From Pocillopora damicornis (lineage: Eukaryota): a DNA stretch of 64,000 nt. The position numbers were made by a program, and so were the translations under genes. The notes beneath the pieces are model-generated. The model was not told where the DNA came from and did no database searches. It saw only the letters and a program-made list of their open reading frames with translations. Positions within the stretch are counted from its first letter, which is position 1. Every line of letters begins with the position of its first letter. Where the stretch lies: positions 496,001 to 560,000 of the forward strand of contig NW_020847369.1 in the NCBI RefSeq assembly GCF_003704095.1, in the 5' to 3' direction. Shown here in pieces: positions 26,901 through 54,150 of the stretch.

Positions 26901-28079
26901 GATTTGGATATTTGCACGTTTATCTATTCTAATGGCGAGTTCCACATAATTTACGTGGAATCTCGTTACTTTACAAAGGGACGTGTGGTGGGCCTCTTTT
27001 TAGCTCACGACAAACCTTTAAATAAAGATTATTAATTTTTCTGCAACACTTTAATGTGTGAGTTCAAATGTCTTTGCCATAAAGCCTATAATGAATTCAC
27101 TTTACCTATAACCTTATCAACGTATATGTTTAAGAGTGATTCGCTCAAATATTTTTAGTACCATTAACCCTTAAAAATAGGGCTTGGTTTTTTCCCCACG
27201 CTCCACTTCTTTAAATACCCAAAACGGATACTTCAATTTTCTCCGTTACGCTTTGTAATTTTAAGGCTTTAGTTTACTACTGTCCACTTTTTTTTGCACA
27301 AAAACTGTTAGTTTCATTTCATAGAGTTAAACACATTTTTTGCTTTTCAAACAAACAAGAATGAATGAAATGTTAACAAGTTTTCTTTTTGTAGCATTGT
27401 CATTTGAGTCTCCTTTTCATTTACTCCATCTTCTTACCGCGCAGAAAATAGTCTCTCACTCATCCCAGATTTCGTTTTTTCGCTGAAATAGCTTGTCTGT
27501 TCATAGTTCCATAACATCATTGAAGTCTCTATGAGTGCTCCTCAAGTTTAAACTTATCCCTAGTCTCCGTTATTGATATTTGAAAGCGAGAGAGAGATTG
27601 GAACGAGTCAGGGAGGTACGCGCGCGACCAAGAGTTCCAAAGGAAGGCGACCCATCTCTCTCCGCGCGCCTATCAATAAAAGGAACTAATGAGAGATCAC
27701 TGGGTACGAGTTCACTAATATAAATGCGTTGATAACTAGCTCTTTTTACATTCCGTATTTACAGTAAAAAGGTGTCATAACTTAATTACATTAATCAGCA
27801 CTTAAAAGGCGGAACAATAAAGAATGATGCAGAGGGATGAGTTTAAGGGAGACGGCAACGCATTACATTTGGTGAGTTTTTTTTAGGAAGGGTAACCCCA
27901 AAAATATTAAGATAAAGGTAGCCTGAAAATTTTGACTACCGAGGGATTTCAGTTTAAACGGGAAAATTCCCCTTTGTAACGCCACAGGAGAAACTTAGTA
28001 TTTTTTGAGACAACGTGACCCTTCATTTAGACTTGAGGGCCTGTGTTATGAAAACCGGTCTAGAGTTTGGCTTGTTAGA

Positions 28080-41856
<13,777 letters not shown>

Positions 41857-42122
41857 GATACTAAAAGCAAGCCGATGATTGTTCCCTTTTACCAAGCAGA
41901 CGTCATCATTAAGCTTGCGATACATAAGTTACAAGAAGTATAAACTGAAAAAAGGCACATACAGCTGGCCAACATGTGGCTCGTGTACTGCAGAATGTCA
42001 CGCAACAGCCTCGATCATTGCANNNNNNNNNNNNNNNNNNNNNNNNNNNNNNNNNNNNNNNNNNNNNNNNNNNNNNNNNNNNNNNNNNNNNNNNNNNNNN
42101 NNNNNNNNNNNNNNNNNNNNNN

Positions 42123-42292
42123 TCACGAGCGTGGGACAAAAAAAAAGTTCCGAGTCCCCATGAGGAATCGAACCTAAGACCTCCGGAGCCCCAGAGACGC
42201 TAATGTGCGCGAGGTCTATTACGAAGTTCATATGACACGCGTCCTACATACTGCTGGGATCAGTAATGTCGATAGCGTCATGTTTGTAAATT
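42123..42292 (-). mobile_element. tRNA-derived SINE-like repeat (partial)
   Basis: Reverse complement of the 61490-61705 element, including the GGTTCGATTCC B box. A further copy lies near 45320-45580. Confidence 0.6.
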
Positions 42293-43130
42293 ATGCTTAG
42301 TTTGTCAAACGTATCGCTTTACTTTAGAAGGTTTCTCAATTGCCTGAAACACTCCAAGGAAGAAAATTAATGGAAAAAAGGCCACTGAGCAAAGGAAACG
42401 CCATCTGAAAGAGAAATCTAGATATTGCAGAGTCAAAGTGTTGTTGTGAAAGAATTGCCTCCAGCTCATTAAGAGGGTAGAGGCATGTATTAAACTGAGA
42501 ATGCTATTTAAAACTTTGTTATCTCCCTCTTTCTCAAATTGAAGGCCTTCCTAACTTTGAATTCATATTTATCGTGTTTACTATATTATTATCCCATGAC
42601 TTAAGCTCAATATGAAGTATGGTCCCACAGCTAACCTCACGCAAACATGTCCACCCCCAATGTTGTAATAATAAAAAAAGATGAAACGTCTCCTTTGATA
42701 TGAAAATGAGTTGTTTCCAGTCAATTGTCAAGCAAACAGACTCTGCATGTTTTAGCCTCTTATGCGGGCAAGATTGTATTTCTGGAATTTGAGATAAGTT
42801 ATTGAGAGATAAGTAGATCATTCATTTAAGAGCATAGAGTTCCTTTGCAACCTAGACCGTTTGTTTGTAGTGAGTTTTCATATCAGAGATGTCAAAACGT
42901 GGATTTTTGACAATTGTTGAATTTCCTAGTTTGGTTCCAAAAATGCTCAATTTTCGTGATGAGCAGGATCATTTTAAAATTGCCTAAAGGCATGATTTCA
43001 TGATGATGGCAGCCTTTCTCTGCAACTTTTCAAACGCACGTACACCACAGCCAAGGTTAGATTTTGTAAAAGGCACAAAAAGAACCGAACCCAACAGAGC
43101 AACGGCTTTTTTAGATTTTTATGAGCACGT
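42123..43130. repeat. Inverted segmental duplication arm, pairs with ~60640-61700
   Basis: Long collinear reverse-complement match, e.g. GAAGGCCTTCCTAACTTTGAATTCATATTTATCGT vs ACGATAAATATGAATTCAAAGTTAGGAAGGCCTT. Confidence 0.9.
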
Positions 43131-43584
43131 TTCGTCTCTATTTGAGTTTGTCCAAAACCGTAGTTTTGTGCCGAGAGTTTGCCGTAATTAGAGCGTGAAT
43201 GAATAAAATTGCTACTAAATACAGCAGGATAGCTTTTCAACTGAAAATATATTCTCAGAATTCTATCAGACGCATCAGTAACATAGGAGCTTGAAAACAA
43301 ACAACTACAAGCTTTCGATGTCCGTCGAAGGAGCTTGAGGTCTATTTTGTTTTCCTTCTTTCTGTACACTCAGCGCTCACAAAATTGCTAATCCTATAAG
43401 AACAGAATGAAGGAATTTTGTCACATTGAAGGTGAAGACTTTTAGAACCTAATACATGCATAACTTTTCTCATTAGTAAACATTGGGAAGCATCCTGGTG
43501 GAGCTAACTTCTGAAACACGAATCCTTCTGCAAGGGGGGACTCTGGCATTTTTTATATTAGTGCAACTTCACCTGAATGTAGAG

Positions 43585-43940
43585 GGGCACGTCGGGAAAA
43601 TGACGGTGTCACATGTTAGACAGAAAGCTTAATTGAGGGGACCCCTAAAAGAAAAGTTATCGAACAATTTTTTTTAACCTCCCTTCTTTAGCAAGTTTTT
43701 CCATAGGTAAAAATAAATAATCGTTCCGTGATCGCGGCCCAATGTGAAGCATGGCTGCATTCATGCCCTGAAAAAAAAAAACCTAGCCATACCATCAACA
43801 AAAACAAAATAGACCATTTCTAAAACGCTTTGAGTATTGGGACGTCGGGAAAATGATGGTGTCTCATCTTAGACAGAAAGCTTAATTGAGATGATTCCTC
43901 GGAAAAAAGAGTTATCGAACAATTTTTTTTTAAAATCTCC
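43585..43940. repeat. ~95 bp direct repeats (43585-43680, 43839-43940) flanking a segment also found at ~53670-53800 and, inverted, at ~63395-63460
   Basis: ACGTCGGGAAAATGA.GGTGTC..AT.TTAGACAGAAAGCTTAATTGAG occurs twice. TTCCGTGATCGCGGCCCAATGTGAAGC occurs three times in the window. Confidence 0.75.
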
Positions 43941-46900
43941 TTACATGTTCCTCACCGATGTCTGTTTCGAAAAATACAAAAAAAAAAAAAAGACAGGTCA
44001 CCGTGCCTGTTTCAGGCATATGATAGGCCAAACTTACCCCACTTATGCTTGTACTGACACTAATCACGTGCGTCATTTCATCGTTTGGGGTACATTTTGC
44101 GGTAACGGAAGCCAAGGTTCCTAAAGTAACACTCGAAAAAGAACTTGATAGGTATAGAAAGTCTCGAGCGTATGAAACAATATGATATATCATTTGTGGA
44201 AAAATCACGTAAGTCTAGACGACAAAAACGTTTCTCGAGTCGTTGCTTTCAAGGTCATAATTTGCATCCTCGAGAAATGTAGTTCGTGCATGCATTACGC
44301 TATATCTCTTTTTCCCTTCGTTGAATTTCCTTTTTATTTCTTCAGTTTAAAGGGGATAGTTCTTAAACTAAATTGTGCAATAAAAAAATGTGGGTCATCG
44401 TGCTTGTTCAAGAGTTTAAGACCATTGTACCTCTTTACCTATTCCATTGACTGAAAAACAGTATCGTGTTCTCGGGATGCGTGCGCTTATTCGCCTGATT
44501 ACGTGATTTTTGTGCGCAGTACAGGATGTGTAGTGCAATAATGAGGAATCACTCTGACTAAGAATCTTAACAAATTTAAAAGGGTCATCCAAAGAATGCA
44601 CCTCAGTTTATTGAGTGTGACTTATTTCATTCAAATAATTGAAGTATTGATTAGTTATATAACTATATTAACACCTTTCCTTCTTTTTCTGTTCAATTTC
44701 AGTTTAGTTAACTTTTTTTATTGTTTGGGAGGAATCCCCAGTCAAGTACTTTAGTAGTAACGTAGGTATCCTCCATAAATATTTTCGATAAAGACTTTTA
44801 CTTTTGATTTTTATCCGCGCTTATAACATCATCTGAATGTCATATCGTAAAGATGGCCCAAAGCACGGTAAGGTTCAAAACGCGCCATGAAAACTTTTCC
44901 AGAGGATTAGAATAAAATCCTCCCTGATAAGGAATACCAAAATGATTCATTTGACACTTGATACAACTTAGAAGCTGGGTTCCAAACCAATGTGGTTGCC
45001 GTAAGGACTTCTGAGATTACCCGAAAATGCACTCGCTTTAAGCCGATCAGACGAACGTAATTTTTTCATGAACATTATTACTAACAAAACCTTTGAGTTC
45101 CGACCAAAAGGAGGCTGCTAAGCTTCAAAAACTGCTCTGTCGCTCACCAGACTGAGAGCTTTTTGTGTAAGAAAACCAAACAGTTGTACACAAGACTACA
45201 TTAAGAGTTACCCTGTTTAAAGAGAAGTATGCCCTATGTTTACATTTGAATCCATAAATTTACCTGTATAAATGTGCCCTGACCAACGAGTGGAAATAAA
45301 TGTCGGTCACTTTCGCAAAATATCTTCATACCAAGAGAAAGATGTTTTTCGTCTGGTCACAAGCAAGGGACAAAGAAAAATTCTGAGTTCCCATGAGGAA
45401 TCGAACCTGCGATACTCTACCACTGGGCCACTGACAAGTTTCCTGCATACTTCTAGGATCAGCAATGTCGATAGCCCAATGTTTGTAAATGGAGTAAGAA
45501 AGATGTTAACTTTTGAGCTCGTTAAAGAAATGGAGAAAGATGTTTCGTCTTGTCACCAGGACAAAGGTAACATCTGAGTTCATATGTGGAGGTATCCAGC
45601 TATCATGTAAAACTTGTTTTGATCAGCAACAACATTTCTCAGGCTCTGTGTCTCTTGTCAGATTATTTAGCTCACAGAGTTGTTGACTAATAGAGTAGTG
45701 AAAGCTCTGACATCTTAGCTCTTACTTGCACTCTATGTAACTCAAATCCGGTCCTGGAAACGCCTCTAAGAGGAACGTACATACAGTGCACATTTCCTGA
45801 AAGTTCAATATCCATAAAACGATGTGAACGAACAATCCTCTAGCGCCTTAAGACCAAGATTTGGTCTGGGCCCTCATACATTGAATAACACGAGCAAAAC
45901 TGGAACATAACAAGGCGGAACTTCAGACTTCTCCCTTTGAACTTCGTCTTTGATAATCAGAAAGAACTTACAAACTTATTGTTCCGCACTAATTTCTCAA
46001 ATCTTGAAGTAGTACAGAGTTCCTATCTCTCAAAACAAGAATAGTTTAAGGGGGGAGGGAGGGGCTCATAATCCAATTTTTTTTTGTAAGGTAGGTTGGC
46101 CAATAACCCGGGGGGTTACAAGCAACACTGTACGGTTGTACGGTATTGGAAAACTAAGATATAAGTCTGAATATGCTTCGACATCTAGAAATGTTCTTTG
46201 AAAGCGGCTTAAATAAAAGATGTAAAAGGTCTTAAACCGTTTGACAGTTTATGTTTAGCTGCTTTTTTTGACGGTTGTATGTTTAGATATTAATTTGAAA
46301 CATTACCTTTCAATGTGCATGTGCCTCGCAATTATCCGATGGCTACTAAATACATCCCCTCAATGAATTTGTTTTTAAAATTCCTTCAATTTAAAGGGAA
46401 AAATTTGTAAAATAAAATTTTTTTTCAATAAAACTCAACTCAATTGATTCAGACCTTCCGCTTTGGTGTAACGATTTTATAAATTCAACAGCCAAAAATT
46501 ATACCAGCAAATGTAGGGCCAGGTAATGGTCAAGGCTAATGCGTGACTGTAAACTTTTCCCATCAACTCAAAAAAAAATCCAAACATTTTTAAGTGCCTT
46601 TAATAAAACATATACATAGGAAGTGCGCTGCTGATAATATACCCAAAAAGCTAAGAATCCGAATGTGTAGGGACTAAGATCAAACTTCTTGTGGGAAAGA
46701 TGAACCCTCCACGAGAGTTTTAATCTTTACCTAAATTAAGTCAACTTCTTTAGTTAGAAAAGCTTTAGAATTAGTGTCTCATCAAGTTTTTACATTATCA
46801 TCATTTTCGACAAAGTTGATAATGCGTAATGTTTAGGAAAGCACAAAGATTTATCTCTAGGTTGTTTTAGGTTTTTGGGACCTGACTATGCATTCCTATC

Positions 46901-48111
46901 ATTATGAAATAACTGGCCAATAGAAGCTTTCCATCACTTCAATCAGTTAATGTTTGAACTGTGCACGTTCAGAGACTCCTAATCTAACCTAACTCACTTT
47001 TTCTTCCTATCTTTTATTTTTGCCAGCTTTTTAAACAGAACCTTTACTAAATATGATTCAGAAACAACTTACTAATCGCTAATGTTAACATGCCGGTGTT
47101 ATTCACTACAAAAACAATCGCTTGCTCTAAACTATAAGAAATTCAATATGATGCTAAGCAATTCATGAAGCACCAATGGAAAAATATAGTGTTTCCATTT
47201 TCCAATGACTTAACCCAGAGGCTAGAATCAATATTTAGTGGATCCAAGATTCAGAACCTTAGTGCGTTTGCAAAAACATCAGGTAATCAATCAGTTAAAC
47301 AGAAGGATGAACGAATGTTTTTATGACTACAAAAAAATTCAAAACTGCAGTACAAGTTTGGTTTTCTTTAGGAAAAGAGGATTTTTGTAAAAGAGCAGGG
47401 AACTCAGGCTATCAACAGTATGGCAGAGAATTTTGAATAGAAGCAAGAAGTATGCTGATTAGAATGAAAAATAAGCTGGCTTAAAGAGTGATTTGATAAC
47501 AAATTCTAATCCCAATCTTTTGGAACTGCTTCACAATGAGGCTGCCTATCTTCACATTTACAAGATGGTGAAGACAAGACATGGAAACAGGACATGGCAA
47601 AGAAGTCACTCAAAACAAGATTTGATGCAAATTTGTGGTTTCGAGTCCCATTGGAAAATCGTACGACAAAAAAAACACAAAACTGTCTCTCAAGTCCTAA
47701 CCCTTGCCCTCTATTTTGGAATTATCTTCAGAACTGCTGCGTTCCTGAGTACGTGTCAAGCTAGGAACAGTTATATAAGAATTGAGACTTACTTTTTTTT
47801 AACTCTTTCAGGGTTTTTCGTTCAAGCAAAATAATGCAAATGACTTGTATCAAAAGATAAAAAAAAATTTTAGGCTCCATTGATCGATATTTTGTTTCTT
47901 TTCCTGCGTAAACAGGCCGAGTCAAAAGTTTGGATTTTGAAATAAGCATCTCTTTAAATCTTTCGGTATTTTTGGAGTAGTGTATAGCATACTTCTTAAA
48001 AACGTCCAAGCATTGCTTAGGGTTAGGGTTAAAAGCTATCAAGGAAAACTAGTTCTTCATTATCTATGGGAGTAAATGATGTTATCTTAAGAGGCATCCT
48101 GTAGCAGAAAC

Positions 48112-50852
48112 TCACACGCCTGGGGTAGCGAATTCCTGAGTGCCACGTGATTCAGTCAGTATTACTTTACGGCGACGCTTGCGCAGCACAATGATGACAG
48201 CGACACAAACAATGGCGTTAGCTACGACTCCACCGACCACCCCAACAGCGACAATATGGACAGGTACAGACGAGTCTTTATCCTCATCAACAACGGTGTC
48301 AGCTGATGATACAAAATAAAACCTCGATTAAAAAAATTAAGTTCAAAAAACTTAATTGAAGCCAACTCATTTGGGTGATTAAATGAAAGGCCGATGTTTG
48401 GTTTGCCATCATAGCCCAAATCATGATCCCGAATCCATGGAATAGAGCTGTAGATACAAACCTGGCTTTTCCTCTTCACTAGCATCTACAAATGTGAAAG
48501 GACCAGCTCTAATGTAGTATAAGGTTTTCGAAGTCTCTTCCAAAGTACTACGTCTTTTTCGAGCACCGCAAGCGCACATGCACCCAGGAGAACCGTTATA
48601 ACAAACTTTGGCTGTGACGGTAAATACAACTTTCCCTGTTTGACCAGAGAAACGAAAAGCTTTGAATGAAAATTCGTCTTCATTATCACCATCACAAGAG
48701 GAAGGGTTTTCCACGAAACCAACACTTCGTAGGCCGTCATCTGCACAGCTGAATGCAAATAGAAACCTTCTTTAGTGAATCATTCAGAAATCGATTTGTA
48801 ACCAACTAAAGTCTTATTCCAAAAATATTTCCCTTCCTGAAGCGCTGTGGTTTGAATAGGGAATTATTTGCGACTCAACTTCCCTGCTCACCGAATTCGT
48901 TATTGTGAACACCGTGCATTGAGTCTGTGGTCAGTTTCTTACTTTTAACTTCTATTCACAACGAACATGTTCTAACACTCTCCTTATATGGTTATCCTGT
49001 TCTCATTTTGAGTTATCTACACGTCACGAACACACATCGCAGAACAGCTTCGCATGTTTGGGCAAAGAAACGGACCACTTTACACACTCATCAGTTATGG
49101 TTTCAAAAAGTTAGAGCATCATAAGAGTTCAGTAGAATATCTTGTACATTTAAGAATATGAATACCCATGAATAACAAGGAGATTAATTCTGATATGATA
49201 ACCGAAAAAATAAAACATAGACACTCAAATTATCGATGAAAACTCACATCAGTATGTATGTGAGTGATGTTAAAAAGGAAACTGCTTTCAACGGCTATTG
49301 ATAAAATTTTGGAACTTACCCATCCGTGATCAAAGTGGTCGGTGCCGCTGGGTTACTGGGGTTGTCTTTATCTGCCTTGACAGATACGAAAAATACGGTA
49401 AACTTACTGGCGAGAAAACCAGATTCTGAAACCGTCAATTTTCCAGTTAGGTCTGTCTTCAACTTAATTGCCGTGGTACTTCCAGGGTCTATCTTGGTGG
49501 CGCCATTAAATAACTCAAAAGTAAAAGACAGTTCACCAGCATCTGGAGAAATTAACCAAGAAAATGCGGAGAACATTTACACCTAAATCCTCAATGAGAC
49601 AAGGACACATATAACAAAAGCCACAGTTTTTGATTGAGTATTTAAAATAAGGCGGTAACATCATAAAAGCACCTAGGAACGAGTCGCCTGCAGTGCAGGC
49701 GTCTTGTTAGGGCGAGCTGAACGTTATAAGCGATCGTTTATCCGACCGGTCATAATTGATTTGGAGTTAGAGTGGACGGTGGAGGTAGGAGGCGGGTGAA
49801 GGGCGAGAATCTTCGCAGAGGATTCATTGTCAAGCTCGCGCGGCAATAACTTGAGTGAAAGTTGCTTTGCATTTCGACTCACCTTCACCACTGCCAGTGA
49901 CTGAATGTTGAGGCAGGAAGCTAGCCTGAAGATTCTCCCTTTGTAAGTTATACGTACACAATATCTGGTAAGAGTGGTCCAGTCGGAAAGTTGGACCACT
50001 TCCATCAGCAGTAACATCGACTGAAAAAGTGTAAATAATTTTATCGTTGCTCTGTGTATCTAATGAGGAATGGCAAATACTGCCATCAAACGGCCCGTAT
50101 TTCACTTTGTCATCTGTAAATGATGGCTGACATCCCGCTGTGCCAACTTTCAGCGACCAAGAAGCTGCATCAGCGTCACTCCAATCAGCGATATCAGGGA
50201 TGATGAGTGCAAACTCGATATTCGAGCCGTCTCCGCATTTAAGGTCTTCAATGGAAGTTTCAGCTTGTTCATAAGCTGTTAAAAAAAAACAGTAGTAAAG
50301 TAAGTTTTTTTGTATAATGAAGCACAAGTAAGCTAATTAGTCGGTAAGTAATTCAGTATGTAATTCATCATACTCCGATTGCGTCGTTTTTTGGAGACTG
50401 GGAGTATGAAATAAAAAATATAAATTTGCGCAGTCAGTCAACAAAAATTACTTAAACAAAATTGACATGGCTGGGACGTTCTCCACGAAAATCACTATAT
50501 CATCTAGCCACAGGAGTACCTCTTAATGTTAATCATGCAGTTAACATAAGAACCTTTTACCAAAACCCGTGCTTTACCCGAAAAAATTTAAACAAAATGT
50601 CATTGAATATCTTTTTGTCGAGAAAGAACAAAGATGATGTTAGCCAATTAAAATCTAGCTTAAATAATAAAATTATCTTTGAAACATTTTGACGATCCTG
50701 GAAAGCTATTAAACTGGAGTTCATTTGGCTTAAAGTTATTACAAACAGCAAATGTAATCAGGTGAGTTTAAGAAGATGAACTTACAAGGCGCAGGATAAA
50801 ACGCCAAAAGAACGAGAACGATTGGCAGACAAAATGATTGCTTCATTTTCAT
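48112..50852 (-). CDS. ZP (zona pellucida)-domain type I membrane protein, ~386 aa. Exons 50852-50786, 50275-49883, 49542-49320, 48748-48462, 48302-48112
   Basis: Signal peptide MKMKQSFCLPIVLVLLAFYPAP; 4-Cys ZP-N exon ending ILCTY; GELSFTFELF internal hydrophobic patch; FSFKAFRF..VVFTVTAKVC; furin site RKRR; external patch YYIRAGPFTF; TM helix followed by RKRRRK. Exon lengths sum to 1161 nt, in frame. Confidence 0.85.
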
Positions 50853-52874
50853 TTACTTCACAGTCTCCAAGGATTTTCCGTGGAACTCGCGTGGAATTAA
50901 TTTCCTGAAAAAGATAAAAGACGTGAGTGGTCTCCGCTGTTTCTCATCTTTTTTCGCAACTCTTCAAACTTGAATAACTGGAAAAAAAATGAAAGGAACC
51001 ATTTTTCATGATTGAATGTGGCATCAATCCATGGAGGAATCAAAGAAGACAACGAATCGGCAATTATACTTTATCTGGGAAAAAACTCTCGTTGCACTCC
51101 CAATCAGTGAATGCTCTCATAACCATGAATAGAATTTCGTATCAACAGAAGTTAAGGGTTGAGGTTTAACACGTCTCCATTCTTATTCTAAATCAATAAA
51201 GTAAAAAATAGGTAAAGAAAATCTACAGGCACCGTAGCAATTACTCTCTGACTATGCTGGTGTGAACTGTTGGACACGGCAGGAAATCACTATTGAAACA
51301 AATCTGCATTATGATCATTAGCATGCTGTTTCGATGGCAAAATACCAAAAGCATTCCAGCAAAACCTTGTTATATGATGAAAACCTTATTCGTATCTTTG
51401 TCTTTGCAATCGACGAAGGTAAAGTCTAAGCTCAGAGACCCTGACCATCCTGACAGACAACAATTGGTGTTTTCAAACTCATCTAGACCTTTCGATCAAA
51501 TCTTGGGATGCATTCTTCGATTGTTCTGGGCATTTGATCACGCTTCCTTTCATGCTACATTCAACCGAAATTGACAATCACGACCATGAAAAATTAGCTG
51601 CGAGAGTGAAGAATGGTCCTATATTGTTGCGTTTGTAACGACTACATTCCACAAAGCTGTTGAGAATCCTAAGCTTCCGATGTTAAGTATTCCATGCCAT
51701 ATTTCTTCCAATACCAGTCGCACGAGTTTGTGCTTCAAATTTGCATTAGTACGCCTAAATGATGAGGAAAAAATTACGTCTCCTCTAAATTTTTAAACGT
51801 GATGGTTTTGATTTTCAGTTACTTCAGTTTAGAACAGATATGTACTTTCTCACTGGTTCTCACAGTTTCTAACTGTCTCACTGGTTGCTCTTTCTTCTAG
51901 CTTAGTGAATTAAAGCTTTTTTTTTTGGGAAGGTATTTTGTAATCCGGAGAAAAGTTTCATTCCACGCTTCCATAATCCTTAGCATTAATACGTGGATAA
52001 TGAAATGATTACCAAGTGATAGAAAGCCATCTCAGTCGTTCTATCCCTTAGTTCGCTGACTAAATCTAAGCAATCTAAAATAACAGTAGAGGACACGCCA
52101 TAACTGCCTCCCTTCGCCTTCCAGACCAATTGTGCTTGCGCCTTTTTCGGTTGAGCAAGCCGCAAAAATAACAGTGAGTAAAGACTTACCAAAGCTTGGA
52201 AATGCACTTCTCTTAGAAATTGCTTTTGAAAGGAGAAGTTCGTAAGTTGAAAAACTGAAAAGTAATAGATGCAAGGTCTGCTATCAACAAGCTACAGCTA
52301 CCCGTCTCGGAGCGCGGCTGTAAATGACGTAAGACAGCTTGTGCGGACTTATTTACAACTCGAAAGCAAAAGGAGAGAGACCTAGTGCTTCACTAGACAG
52401 ACCCTTGACCGTGACATCTGAGAATAAAAGATGGTCTTCATGCTTGAGGTATTCACTGTAGTAATTAGCTGGGAGCAATTTTCTAACTATCTGCTCCCAA
52501 GGTAACTGTTATTTTGATGAACTTTCTCAGAATCACGGCACGATAGAAACTGAGTATGAAAATGATTTATTTAAAGCTGTGGGCTTTCTAAAGTCAATTC
52601 CTGCAGATTTGTAATGCCATCTTACCTTTTCAACTTTTCGTGATTGCTCACGACAGCAGGTGAATGGAACAAAAGGACCACTTTTCACTTCTAGAAACAA
52701 AAAAACGTTTGCTATTTCTATTCCTTCCCCGCCTTCAGGGAAATTCCATCACGCGATTCCCAGACTAAATTTTTCTAAAAATAATACAATTTTACAATTC
52801 ACGAACAGTTGATCAAGAGAAATAAAAATTGGTATTGATATTGCAAAATATATCATGATTTGAAATTTGGGATT

Positions 52875-53062
52875 GTTAAAATGCTGAAAAGTTTCACAGT
52901 AAAAAGAGGAAATAAGTTTCAAAAATGAAGTGAAAAAACCGTGCAAATGGTTTTAAATTCCATAGTTTGTTAAAATGCTGAAAAGTTTCGCCGTATAAAG
53001 AGGAGATAAGTTTCAAAAAGGAAGTGAAAAAGCCGTGCAGATGGTTTTAAATTCCGTAGTTA
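52875..53062. repeat. Tandem duplication of a ~92 bp unit
   Basis: GTTAAAATGCTGAAAAGTTTC...GGTTTTAAATTCC.TAGTT occurs twice. Confidence 0.85.
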
Positions 53063-53115
53063 AAGGGGTTTGTCGTTTATCCAATTAAGAAATGATTAAA
53101 TAATCAAAAAACGCA

Positions 53116-53732
53116 ACTCCTGAAAATTTTCTCTCGAGTAATCGGCCAATTCATTATACAGGCTTAACAAGAAAGCGTGCTTTTCGGGCCTGGAGCAGTT
53201 GCTAAAAATAGATAGCTAGAGCAAACTTATGTAAGAACAGTCCTTCTTAATGCCACAAATAGACAGACAGCTGAAAAAATCACAATACCTCTTTTATTTT
53301 GGTACTACATCGAAACGAAACCTGGTAGAAGTCGTAGTTGAAAACCATTTGTTAGAGTAGAAGAGGGACGAAGCATCATGTATCATTTAATTAGTGAACC
53401 AAATTAATTGCAGTGTCTCATTGATGAAAAAAAAATTAAAATATTACACTGCAAAGGCACTGGACTGCACTGGATACTTCCAAGTAAAAATGAAAGATAC
53501 ATGCGATTCCATGTTTTAAATTTCGTAGCTTACATGTGGCGCCAGTTTGAGTCGGTTACATAAGAAGAAATAGCAGAAGACCCGACGAGGAACATACCAT
53601 TTGAACATACCAAGAACCATATCACTGTCTGAAATTTTCTCCTTTCTGGAATAAACGATTCTCTAAAAAGTTTTTCCATAGGTTTATTAAATAATCATTC
53701 CGTGATCGCGGCCCAATGTGAAGCGTGGCTGC
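53116..53732. repeat. Very high-identity inverted repeat arm pairing with ~63395-64000 (continues past the window end)
   Basis: The reverse complement of the window end reads ACTCCTGAAAATTTTCTCTCGAGTAATCGGCCAATTCATTATACAGG..., identical to 53116 onward for several hundred bp. Confidence 0.92.
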
Positions 53733-53944
53733 ATTCTCGCCACAGTCATACCGTCAACAAAAAACAAAGTAGACAATTTCTAAGACACTTTGAGTATTAA
53801 GTCTTAAAACGAAGACAAGTGCTATACTTTTGTTTTAATAACAATATGTTTATTTTCATGCATATTAGATAGAGTTTTCGGAGACAGAACGGTCTAGATT
53901 AGAACCTTTGTAGAACCGCAAACTTGTCGGGTGTTACTAGAGTG

Positions 53945-54150
53945 TGGATCAGCGGACCGCGGAAGCTCTAGAACCTCTGGTACCAGTGAAACCTGGGGAA
54001 CCTTTAGTTTTTTGTAACAAAAATAATAATAAAATAAACTAAAAGCTAAAAATACCTTAAAACTGTTCGAAATTTCCTTTTCGGGTATAAAGTAGATAAC
54101 GTTAAAAGAGAAATGTTGTTTATTTTTATCTATCTTGACCTCCAACCACA
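53945..54150. repeat. Dispersed repeat, direct copy at ~62135-62305
   Basis: GGACCGCGGAA..CTTAAAACTGTTCGAAA..TTCGGGTATAAAG.AGAT..CTTGAC.TCCAAC is present in both. Confidence 0.7.

Noticed and set aside
48927-49124. 'Conserved' 65-aa ORF with a near-twin at 59779..59961
   Set aside because: It has a non-ATG start and is antisense intronic sequence. The similarity is explained by the inverted duplication.
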